A DNA stretch of 48,327 nucleotides, from NCBI GenBank assembly GCA_049424145.1, contig JBMSSC010000005.1:1-48327 (forward strand), read 5' to 3'. The notes under the pieces are model-generated. The model was not told the DNA's origin. It made no database searches and saw nothing but the letters and a program-made list of their open reading frames with translations. This document shows, piece by piece, positions 40,650 to 48,327 of the stretch; within the stretch, counting starts at the first letter, position 1; each line of letters begins with the position of its first letter. Source of the stretch: Bdellovibrionia bacterium. GTDB lineage: Bacteria; Bdellovibrionota; UBA1018. The translations under genes and the position numbers were made by a program.

Positions 40650-41608
40650 TTGACCACCTCAACAAGCCCAAGCGGATTGACTTTGACTCGATTCACGACG
40701 GCTTGCCAATGCAGGTGCGGTCCACTCACTCGTCCCGTTTTTCCAGAAAGGCCTAAGAGCTGCTTTTCATCGACCAATGCACCTGCCTGAACTTTCAGTT
40801 CGTTCATGTGAGCATACAGAGTGATCACCCCATAACCATGATCAATCATCACGGTATGCCCCGTGTAGAAGAGGTCCTTGGCAAGAACCACTCTTCCTGG
40901 AGCTGAAGCATAAACGGGAGTCAACATCGGGGCCCTCAGATCCATCCCAGGATGGTAGTTCTTCAACCGTCCATTGTAAATCCGCTTACTGCCAAAGGGA
41001 CTGGTCACCGAGCTTTGAATGGGCAAGACAAAGGGTTTTCTCCAATGCTTCTCTCGGGTCACCGATTGATAGATTTGAGCCACCTCAGCCACTTCTTTTT
41101 GAATCCGAGCTAAGTCCTTTTTTTTCGTGGGATTCACTCGTCTTCCATCCACGCGTAAGACTTCTGAAGGATATTTCCCCTCAACCACTGAAATAGAAAT
41201 CTCTTTTTGCTCCCCCGCAGAAACCCGAATCACCCCAGGGCCTGCCGCTCGCTCATAGGGAATCCCCAGGAGTCCCTCATAAACTCCCTCCCCAAGCTCA
41301 GGGGCTGTAAAAAACGGAAACCGAATCGTCTCAAACTCGCCTCGGAGTTCAGAGGGATCCAACAAGGCGGCCTCAGCAGGATCCTCAAACTTCAAGGTCA
41401 CTCGAAGCAGCTCCCCTTGAGCTACCTGAGGAGAGGAGAGCTCCACTTTGACCCCGGCTCGAACCTCAGGAGCACTCGGAGGCTCCTCTCGAACCACAGG
41501 ACGAGTCACACAGCTGAATTGAACCCCTGCAAGAGAGATCAAAACCCAGCCCAAAAAAAATCGAAACCCCGTTTGCCTAGAGTGCTTTAACCGCCCGATG
41601 CCCGTCAT
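40646..41608 (-). CDS. M23-family peptidoglycan endopeptidase, probable lipoprotein
   Basis: HPGMDLRA (HxxxD), YAHM and SGPHLHW (HxH); QFSC lipobox-like. Confidence 0.92.
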   Translation of the reverse strand: MTGIGRLKHSRQTGFRFFLGWVLISLAGVQFSCVTRPVVREEPPSAPEVRAGVKVELSSPQVAQGELLRVTLKFEDPAEAALLDPSELRGEFETIRFPFFTAPELGEGVYEGLLGIPYERAAGPGVIRVSAGEQKEISISVVEGKYPSEVLRVDGRRVNPTKKKDLARIQKEVAEVAQIYQSVTREKHWRKPFVLPIQSSVTSPFGSKRIYNGRLKNYHPGMDLRAPMLTPVYASAPGRVVLAKDLFYTGHTVMIDHGYGVITLYAHMNELKVQAGALVDEKQLLGLSGKTGRVSGPHLHWQAVVNRVKVNPLGLVEVVK

Positions 41609-42821
41609 AAAATAGGATTTTCATCTCCTGTCCTGGCTGAATCTGATGGGCACTTTTAATGATTGCCCCCTGAGTTTCATCTTGAACTAAAGTATAGCCT
41701 CTTTTTAAAACTCGGAGGGGAGAAAGTGCGTCTAACTGAAGGGAGCACTGAGTTAAAGTGGATTTTTTTTGTTCCAGCCTCAAGCGAACCGAGCGCTCTA
41801 ATCGATAGGCGAGCTCATCCACTTTCTGAGCCTGCTCCCTGAGCTTATCGCGAGGACTCACGAGCCTTGCCGCAATATGAGCCAACAGCGTCTTTCGATT
41901 CAGAAGCTCCCGTTGGATCACTCCCTTGAATCGAGAGGAGGTCTCATTCAATCGGGTGATGGCTTCCACCCAATGGGCACTGAGGACTTCTGCTGCAGCC
42001 GAGGGGGTAGGAGCCCGCAAATCAGCGACAAAATCAGAGATCGTAAAATCAATCTCATGCCCAATGGCTGAGATCACCGGAATGGGAGATTGACGAATCG
42101 CCCGAGCCAAAGCCTCATCGTTAAAACACCACAAGTCCTCAATGCTTCCGCCGCCTCGAGCAACCACCAGCACATCAGCCAAACGATAACGAGCCGCCAC
42201 CTCTAAAGCACGAATCACTTGCCTCGGGGCCTCATCCCCTTGCATCAGTGAGGGGAGAACGAGAATTTCAATTTGGGGAGCTCTCCGTTTTAAAACATGG
42301 AGCATGTCTTGAATGGCTGCCCCGGATGGGGAGGTAATGATTCCTACTCGTAAGGGAAAAGCGGGCAAAGGGCGCTTTAAGGCAGGACTAAACAGCCCTT
42401 CGGCAGCAAGCTTGGCTTTCAACTTTTCAAAAGCAATTTGAAGAGCCCCTGCCCCAAGCGGCTCTAAGTGCTCCACGATGAGCTGATAACCCCCTCGCGG
42501 CGGATAAATGGAGACCTTCCCTCGACATAAAACCTGAAGCCCATCTTTGAGCTCAAAGCTTTTTTTCTTCCCCGCTCCCCAGGAAAATGCAGCCGCTGAA
42601 AGACTCGAATGGGAGTCTTTTAACGAAAAATAAGCGTGTCCCGAAGCAGCGGGCCGATAGTTACTCACCTCACCCTGCACCCACACTTGAGAGAACGACG
42701 GCTCCACCACACCCCTTAGTCGCTGAGTGAACTCCGTGACACTCCAAGGCTTAGGAACCTCGGGTTTTCTCTCCGGTCCACTAGGACTCAATGGAGTGGA
42801 AAAAAGCGGAAGATCCTTCAC
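41577..42821 (-). CDS. xseA: Exodeoxyribonuclease VII large subunit
   Basis: SGHAYFSLKD, TSPSGAAIQD, RGGGSIEDLWCFN, GHEID and APTPSAAAE. Confidence 0.97.
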   Translation of the reverse strand: MKDLPLFSTPLSPSGPERKPEVPKPWSVTEFTQRLRGVVEPSFSQVWVQGEVSNYRPAASGHAYFSLKDSHSSLSAAAFSWGAGKKKSFELKDGLQVLCRGKVSIYPPRGGYQLIVEHLEPLGAGALQIAFEKLKAKLAAEGLFSPALKRPLPAFPLRVGIITSPSGAAIQDMLHVLKRRAPQIEILVLPSLMQGDEAPRQVIRALEVAARYRLADVLVVARGGGSIEDLWCFNDEALARAIRQSPIPVISAIGHEIDFTISDFVADLRAPTPSAAAEVLSAHWVEAITRLNETSSRFKGVIQRELLNRKTLLAHIAARLVSPRDKLREQAQKVDELAYRLERSVRLRLEQKKSTLTQCSLQLDALSPLRVLKRGYTLVQDETQGAIIKSAHQIQPGQEMKILFYDGHRAVKAL

Positions 42822-42869
42822 TGGGCTTTCTCCACCCCAAAGACAGGGGGAGAATTCCTTTTGATCTGA

Positions 42870-44402
42870 TTACTTTTTATCTTTCTTCGTCTCACTTGCA
42901 CGCGAATCTGATTGCTCCTGGGTTTTCTCCAGATCTTTACCTGATTCCGTGGTCTTTTTAAAGATTTCAAATGACTTCAGAGAAATCAAAGCCTGCTTCA
43001 CCTGGTAGTCCTCTTTCGGATTCATGCGAAGCGGCGTCATGTCCTCTTCGTCTTTTGAGGACTTATCGCCGGTTTTCTTCTTGTCCTTTGGGTCCTTGAT
43101 TAAAGCATCCAGCTCTTCTTTTTTAAACTCCTTGCCGCTTTCTTCCTCTGAACTACCGGAGGATCCCCCGCGGTCCTGATTGACCATGTGGCCTTTGAGG
43201 TCTTTTTCTCGGAAGGGCTCGGGCTTAATCTTTGCTTGAGATAACAGCTTCGGGTCAAATTCCTCTAACTGAATGTCGGGGAGGACTCCCTTTTCCTGAA
43301 TGCTTCGACCACTCGGAGTGTAATAGCGGGCAATGGTGAGCTTTAATCCCATATCAGGAGGGAGCGGAATTACAGTTTGTACCGAGCCCTTTCCAAAAGT
43401 GGGTTGCCCCATGATGATGGCGCGATGATGGTCCTGCAGCGCACCGGCTACGATCTCAGCAGCCGAAGCCGTGCTTGAATTCACCAGGATCGCTACGGGA
43501 AAGTCTTTGAACGCCATTCCCTTGCGTGCATACTTCACATCTTTTTGGTCTCGATTTCGACCAATGGTGGACACAATTGCTCCCTCATCGACAAAAAGAG
43601 AAGCCACTTCAACGGCTTGATCCAACAATCCACCTGGATTGTACCTTAAATCCAGAACCAGCCCTCGAAGCTTTCCTTTTTTATTCATGGCTTCAATGGC
43701 CTTTTTTAGATCGGCCCCTGCGTTCTCATTGAAAGTCGTCAGCCTCGCATAGCCGTATTGAGACTCGAGTAGCTCACTTTTCACGGATTGAATCTTAATG
43801 ATGTCACGGGTCACTTTGATTTCTTTAATCTTGTCGAATCCCTCTCGGTAGATGGATAAAACCACATCGGTCTTGGGCTTACCCCTCATTTTTGAGACCG
43901 CCTCCACGAGATTCATCCCCTTGGTGGACTCGGAGTTAATTTTGACGATCCGATCATTGGGCTTTAATCCAGCCTTCCAAGCAGGCGTATCTTCAATGGG
44001 CGCAAGAATGGTCAGGATATTATCTTTCATCCCAATTTCAATGCCCAAGCCCCCAAACTTCCCGCTCGTATCAATCTGCATGTCTTTATAGAGCTCAGGA
44101 GGAAGGAAGTTGGAGTGCGGGTCCAGGGTCTCCAGCATCCCTTTGATGGCCCCTTCCACCAGAGCCTTGTTTTTCACTTCATCGACGTAGTTGGCTTCAA
44201 CGAAGTGAAGAACTCGATTAAAAAGCTCCAGATTTTCATATCTTTCTTGTTGTCCCGAACCCGAGGCACCCTCTGAAGTCGTCGCCTTCGCCAGTAGCTG
44301 CTCGGAGGCTTTTCGGGTGAGACTCTGCCCAACGCTCACCCCTACTCCGGAGAGAATCACCACAAAACCTAAGATCGATAATTTTTTTGCAAATTGAATC
44401 AT
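42870..44402 (-). CDS. ctpA: S41 C-terminal processing protease
   Basis: LDPHS, PDZ GKFGGLGIEI, DLRYNPGGLL, TASAAEI and TFGKGSVQ. Confidence 0.95.
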   Translation of the reverse strand: MIQFAKKLSILGFVVILSGVGVSVGQSLTRKASEQLLAKATTSEGASGSGQQERYENLELFNRVLHFVEANYVDEVKNKALVEGAIKGMLETLDPHSNFLPPELYKDMQIDTSGKFGGLGIEIGMKDNILTILAPIEDTPAWKAGLKPNDRIVKINSESTKGMNLVEAVSKMRGKPKTDVVLSIYREGFDKIKEIKVTRDIIKIQSVKSELLESQYGYARLTTFNENAGADLKKAIEAMNKKGKLRGLVLDLRYNPGGLLDQAVEVASLFVDEGAIVSTIGRNRDQKDVKYARKGMAFKDFPVAILVNSSTASAAEIVAGALQDHHRAIIMGQPTFGKGSVQTVIPLPPDMGLKLTIARYYTPSGRSIQEKGVLPDIQLEEFDPKLLSQAKIKPEPFREKDLKGHMVNQDRGGSSGSSEEESGKEFKKEELDALIKDPKDKKKTGDKSSKDEEDMTPLRMNPKEDYQVKQALISLKSFEIFKKTTESGKDLEKTQEQSDSRASETKKDKK

Positions 44403-44419
44403 ATTATCCCCAAACTAAA

Positions 44420-45628
44420 CTAATTAAGTACCCACTGCAATGGGTTGAGCGCAACGTTTCTTGCTCGAATTTCAAAATAAAGTGGATCTTTCAGGTCTCC
44501 CGTTAAACCCAGAAGATCTCCCACCTCCACTGGTTCACTGACTTTCTTGGACACTTGACTGAGATGACTGCACAGCGAGTAGTAATGATCCCCATGATCC
44601 ACGATCACCACTTGCCCGTAATGCGGCAACTCCCCTGCATACGCCACTTTGCCTGGCGCAATTGCCCGAACTGGAGTTTTTGGATGCACCACAATATCAA
44701 GCCCCTTCTTAAACACGTAGAGCCCGGATTGTGGATCAAAAGTGCGGCCAAAACCGGAAATCACACGCCCCCCTTGAACGGGTAAGCGAAGCTTTCCTTT
44801 CATCTGAGAGAAAAGTCCCTGTCTCATGGCCTTGGAAGCCACTCGCTCGGCCTCTTCATTTTTTTCAAGCTCTCGTCGGGCATTGAATTGCTCGATTAAC
44901 CCCTCCACGCGAGACTCAGCGCTTTTGAGTTTCCGGTAATGCTCAAGCTGAACGGCCTTTTCTCTCTGCCGTTGCTTCAAATCACTGATTTGCATGCTCT
45001 GATTGAGCTCTAAGATGCTTTGCTGCTCTTTGAGATCTTCAAAAAGGTAGGCGAGGTGCTGTTTTTCCTCGTGAATCTGGGACTCCAACTTTTCTGCATC
45101 TTGGTAATCGACTCGGAGGGCTTCGAGTTCCTTGAGTCCCCGATCCGCAAGACGAGCCAGGACTTTACGCCGCAGTGCCTGTAAGCTCTCCAGCTCTGAA
45201 CTAGCCAGGGTCGGTGGGCTCTCCTCAGACCCTTGAGTGGTCAGACCCATGGCCGTAAGCGAGGCCCGAATCGTGCGACTTTGGACTTGGATTTTTTGAC
45301 TCAGTTGGGTTTTTCTGAGCTCCATCTCCGATACCGTCGCCTCAAGCTCCTTCATTCGCTTCATGCCTAGATCGCGCTCCAATTTTTGAAGAGCGATGAG
45401 TTTTTTCACCTTTTTCAGCTCCGTCCATGCCTTCTGCTGTGAGGTGCGCTGATGACTTAAGTCCTGCTCTAAGGCATGGATCTGCACCCTCAGATCCCCC
45501 AGTCGACTCACCAGTGTGCTTTTTTTCACCTGAGCACTGCCTGGCCCAGGAACTTCGGCACTAGGATTGGCTCCGACCGAGGACACCCAGAGCAGTGAGC
45601 TGAAGATCAAAACCTTGCGTGAGATCAA
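44420..45628 (-). CDS. envC: EnvC-like murein hydrolase activator (coiled coil plus degenerate M23)
   Basis: Signal peptide and long coiled coil. The M23 fold has KKGLD and LYFEIR in place of HxxxD/HxH. Downstream of ftsEX. Confidence 0.85.
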   Translation of the reverse strand: MISRKVLIFSSLLWVSSVGANPSAEVPGPGSAQVKKSTLVSRLGDLRVQIHALEQDLSHQRTSQQKAWTELKKVKKLIALQKLERDLGMKRMKELEATVSEMELRKTQLSQKIQVQSRTIRASLTAMGLTTQGSEESPPTLASSELESLQALRRKVLARLADRGLKELEALRVDYQDAEKLESQIHEEKQHLAYLFEDLKEQQSILELNQSMQISDLKQRQREKAVQLEHYRKLKSAESRVEGLIEQFNARRELEKNEEAERVASKAMRQGLFSQMKGKLRLPVQGGRVISGFGRTFDPQSGLYVFKKGLDIVVHPKTPVRAIAPGKVAYAGELPHYGQVVIVDHGDHYYSLCSHLSQVSKKVSEPVEVGDLLGLTGDLKDPLYFEIRARNVALNPLQWVLN

Positions 45629-46533
45629 CGCCCCCCCCCTTGCTCCAACCTGCGTCCTCCCCTAGGGGCTGTGAAAAAACTCACCGCACCGGCTAGGACT
45701 CCTAAAACACAGCCCCAGATGAATAACAAGACCGGTCTCATTCCTGCCGACGAAGGCACCGATTTAAGCCAAGGCGATAAAGACCTCAACTCAGCCGTTA
45801 ACCAAGACCCTAAGGTCAGCCAACTGAAACACGCCAAAGCTCCCATCAGCAGTCCGACAAAGAAACTCGACAGCACCACAGGAAGAAGCACCTTCTGCTG
45901 AGCCCCCCCCCACATCTGAAAAAACTCCAACGTCTCGGCTTGAAAGTAGGAGTTCAATCGAGAGAGCTGAATTAAGCCGGTGAGCAAGGCCAAGGCCACA
46001 CCCACGACGAGAAACCGTAAAACCCATCGAAGCGCAGAAAAGGCAGACGCCGATTGCTTGTAGCGATCTTTGGAACTTTCGACCGATTCAATGCCCGGAA
46101 TTTTTCGGACTTTCTCCACCGCTCGATCCGAGAGAACACCCGTAATGGAAATCGTTTCCGGGATGAGCTGCTGGGATTCTGATCCTAAATCCTCCAGCTC
46201 CCGGGCTAATTCGGGATAATAAGGCTTTAAACGATCCACAAACTGCTTGGAGCTCAGCCATTGAATGTCGAGGGGGTTTTTCATGGATTCGGACTTAAGT
46301 GCTTCTTTCACCTGATCCAGGAATGCACCCTGACTCTTTAGGGGCATGGAGGGATCCACGTAGGCCGTAATCACTTGCTCCCCTTTTAAGCGGAGAACTA
46401 AGGGCTTTAATCCTTGATCCACCCAGAGGAAAAAACCCACCAAAAACAACAACACTCCCCCAGCAAGTCCCGATAAAATCTGACTCAACGGAGCAGAATG
46501 CCAAGGCCTCAGCGCCACTTTTAATAAGTACAT
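45625..46533 (-). CDS. ftsX: Cell division permease FtsX (divergent)
   Basis: TM1, periplasmic loop (ITAYV..LIP.TI..IPGIESV), then three more TM helices; sits between ftsE and envC. Confidence 0.8.
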   Translation of the reverse strand: MYLLKVALRPWHSAPLSQILSGLAGGVLLFLVGFFLWVDQGLKPLVLRLKGEQVITAYVDPSMPLKSQGAFLDQVKEALKSESMKNPLDIQWLSSKQFVDRLKPYYPELARELEDLGSESQQLIPETISITGVLSDRAVEKVRKIPGIESVESSKDRYKQSASAFSALRWVLRFLVVGVALALLTGLIQLSRLNSYFQAETLEFFQMWGGAQQKVLLPVVLSSFFVGLLMGALACFSWLTLGSWLTAELRSLSPWLKSVPSSAGMRPVLLFIWGCVLGVLAGAVSFFTAPRGGRRLEQGGGR

Positions 46534-47198
46534 GATAATTCCTCAACCTCCACACGTCCTCCACGTAAGACGGCGTATTTTTTTCTCAGCCTTCTGACCA
46601 CTTCTCGATCATGCGTGGCTAAAACCACGGTGGCTCCTGCGACGTTGGCTTTCAAAAAAAGATCCATCAAGGTCCATTTAAAATCTCGATCCTGTCCTCC
46701 GGTAGGCTCATCGGCAATAATCAGTTGGGGAGATCGAATGAGGGCCCGAACCACCGCTACTCGCTGAGCCTCTCCTCCTGAAAGGGTGCAGGCTAAGTGG
46801 TCTTTCTTTTTTCTCAGACCCACTTTCTCCAGAAGCTCAATCACTCTCACCTGAGCACTTTGCGTGAGCTTTTTACCCGCTAACGAAAGCGATAGGGTGA
46901 TGTTCTCATAAACGGTGAGATCCCCGATGAGCTGAGCATTCTGAGGGACATACCCCAGAGAGCGTCTTAAATTCTGAAGCGCCGGGGGCTTTGAGTTTTT
47001 CAGGTCATAGCCAAATAAAGAGACGGAGCCACTGGTGGGCATCTCCTGAGTGGCTAAGATCCTCAGAAGCGAGGATTTACCCGCCCCACTTCCTCCCACT
47101 ACATAGAGAAACTCCCCCGAATTCAAGCTCAAATGAACCTGATCCAGAACCTTTGAATTCCCTTCGTAGACTTTGGAAACTCCACTCAGAGTGATCAT
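46521..47198 (-). CDS. ftsE: Cell division ABC ATPase FtsE
   Basis: GGSGAGKS, LRRSLGYVPQ, LSGGEAQRVAV, ADEPTG and ATVVLATHD; GGAGGAGG SD; operon context. Confidence 0.9.
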   Translation of the reverse strand: MITLSGVSKVYEGNSKVLDQVHLSLNSGEFLYVVGGSGAGKSSLLRILATQEMPTSGSVSLFGYDLKNSKPPALQNLRRSLGYVPQNAQLIGDLTVYENITLSLSLAGKKLTQSAQVRVIELLEKVGLRKKKDHLACTLSGGEAQRVAVVRALIRSPQLIIADEPTGGQDRDFKWTLMDLFLKANVAGATVVLATHDREVVRRLRKKYAVLRGGRVEVEELSCTY

Positions 47199-47295
47199 TC
47201 AGCCTCCTCCTTAACGCTATCACAAACTAGAATATCATAAATATAATTAATGTAACAAAAATAGATCATCTGAAAATAGGCAAATTCAGGCTCTC

Positions 47296-47325
47296 TTGAC
47301 AGATCATAGGGTAAGCCCTTACCTT
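47296..47325 (+). promoter_or_regulatory. Candidate sigma70 promoter
   Basis: TTGACA-N18-TACCTT followed by a GAGGA SD and ATG 47337; the spacer contains the dyad AGGG-TAAG-CCCT. Confidence 0.4.
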
Positions 47326-47336
47326 CAGAGGAAATC

Positions 47337-48272
47337 ATGTTTTTTGAACTGAAAAACCGAATCAACTTTCAAGATAGGAAAATAAGGACTAGCGCTCTCT
47401 GGCGTTCTTTATTTTTTTTCTCTGTTTATAGCGTCTGGATTTTAGGCTGCCGCCTCATGACGCTCACGCTGATTACGACACTCACCATCTCTCCGCGCAC
47501 GAATTTTCAGGACATCAGCGATGCTTTCAGTTCCAATGAAGTGAGCATCACCGGACTTTCAGCCTTGCTCTTCGTCTTACTGCTCCACTGGCTGAATCCG
47601 TTGACCTCAACTCGCCTGCAAGACCTCCTAAGTCGGGACTCGATGGAAAGGCAATTTTTGCCGGGATTTTTCAAAGGGGCATTTCTTGCCGCCTGCCTGA
47701 TGGTGGTTTTTCTTCTCACCGGCGTCTATCGATACTTGGGATACTTCATCCCATTTGAAGAGCTTCCGCTAGAGCTCCTCAATGGCGTTTTACGGATGTC
47801 CGCCTTAATGGCTCTGGTTTATTGTGAGGAATACCTCTTTCGAAACCGATTCATCCACGAACTCATCGGAAAATTTCCTCCTTGGTTGATTGCTCAGTAC
47901 TCGGCCCTGCTCTACTGCGGAGCAAAAATTCTGCAGTTTGACCTAGGAATCATGCAGCTCATCACCCTTTACTTAGTGTCTTGGAGTCTTTTTTTAAGAC
48001 TCCATGGGGGAACTCGCTTTGCTCAAGGCGCGGGCATCTGGGCTGCAATCCTCATCATTTTTCACCCCCTCTTAAGCCTCCCGATTTTTGGCAATGAATT
48101 TTCAGGTATCCTGCTCATTCGCTTCCCCAAAGAGTGGACTCACACGGCGTTTCGATTCCTTTCCGGGGGAGCTGGGGGACCTCTTGCTAGTTTTGCCTTT
48201 CAACTGATACTGATAATCGATATCAGTCAGCATTTATTGAGATCAAAACTCAAACCCCTTCAGAAAGGATAG
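47337..48272 (+). CDS. CPBP/Abi (CAAX protease-like) membrane protein, probably degenerate
   Basis: Multi-TM, EEYLFR motif, C-terminal LSGGAGGP; the later His motifs are not evident. Confidence 0.7.
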   Translation: MFFELKNRINFQDRKIRTSALWRSLFFFSVYSVWILGCRLMTLTLITTLTISPRTNFQDISDAFSSNEVSITGLSALLFVLLLHWLNPLTSTRLQDLLSRDSMERQFLPGFFKGAFLAACLMVVFLLTGVYRYLGYFIPFEELPLELLNGVLRMSALMALVYCEEYLFRNRFIHELIGKFPPWLIAQYSALLYCGAKILQFDLGIMQLITLYLVSWSLFLRLHGGTRFAQGAGIWAAILIIFHPLLSLPIFGNEFSGILLIRFPKEWTHTAFRFLSGGAGGPLASFAFQLILIIDISQHLLRSKLKPLQKG

Positions 48273-48279
48273 GCAACCT

Positions 48280-48327
48280 ATGAATTTAATCCAACTCATC
48301 ACGGAGACGGGCTTGGTCGCAAAACTC
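48280..48327 (+). CDS. Partial ORF, probable TolQ/ExbB/MotA-family N-terminus
   Basis: MNLIQLITETGLVAKL with an AGGA SD; only 16 codons are visible. Confidence 0.4.
   Translation, partial: MNLIQLITETGLVAKL

Noticed and set aside
44420..44800. Loss of zinc ligands in the M23 domain of the EnvC-like protein as a novelty
   Set aside because: A degenerate LytM domain is the established property of EnvC.

Overview
This is a gene-dense, roughly 50% GC window of core bacterial chromosome. Gene content and order suggest a Bdellovibrionota or deltaproteobacteria-like organism (inference only). In order it carries: a C-terminally cut-off ftsH (missed by the ORF track), kce, two exported hypotheticals, a BMP-type nucleoside ABC operon, a degenerate sigma54-activator-like protein with a DUF429-like gene, SprT and mutS2 head to head, a polyprenol/DAG kinase, a MinD/FlhG-like ATPase with a J-like/RodZ-HTH protein, rluD, pgeF, ccdA with VKOR-DsbA and tatD, yhaM, ygfZ, a peptidase-propeller-Omp85 fusion, sucA-sucB-lpdA, an Fe/Mn SOD, a histidine phosphatase, an MnmD-like methyltransferase, a GT-C glycosyltransferase, the ftsE-ftsX-envC-ctpA-xseA-M23-SH3 operon, an Abi-like protein and a probable tolQ start. 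I see no transposase, integrase, phage gene, CRISPR array, tRNA or rRNA, and no clear-cut novel defence or biosynthetic system. The best leads are: the MinD plus HPD-less J/RodZ-HTH pair; the pseudo-ATPase regulator possibly coupled to a nuclease-fold gene across an A13 slippage tract; the metallopeptidase-Omp85 fusion; the CcdA plus VKOR-DsbA redox operon; three sigma54-type promoters, two predicting near-leaderless mRNAs; an 11-bp tandem array; and a candidate structured RNA upstream of ygfZ. All family calls come from motif recognition by eye, not database searches.
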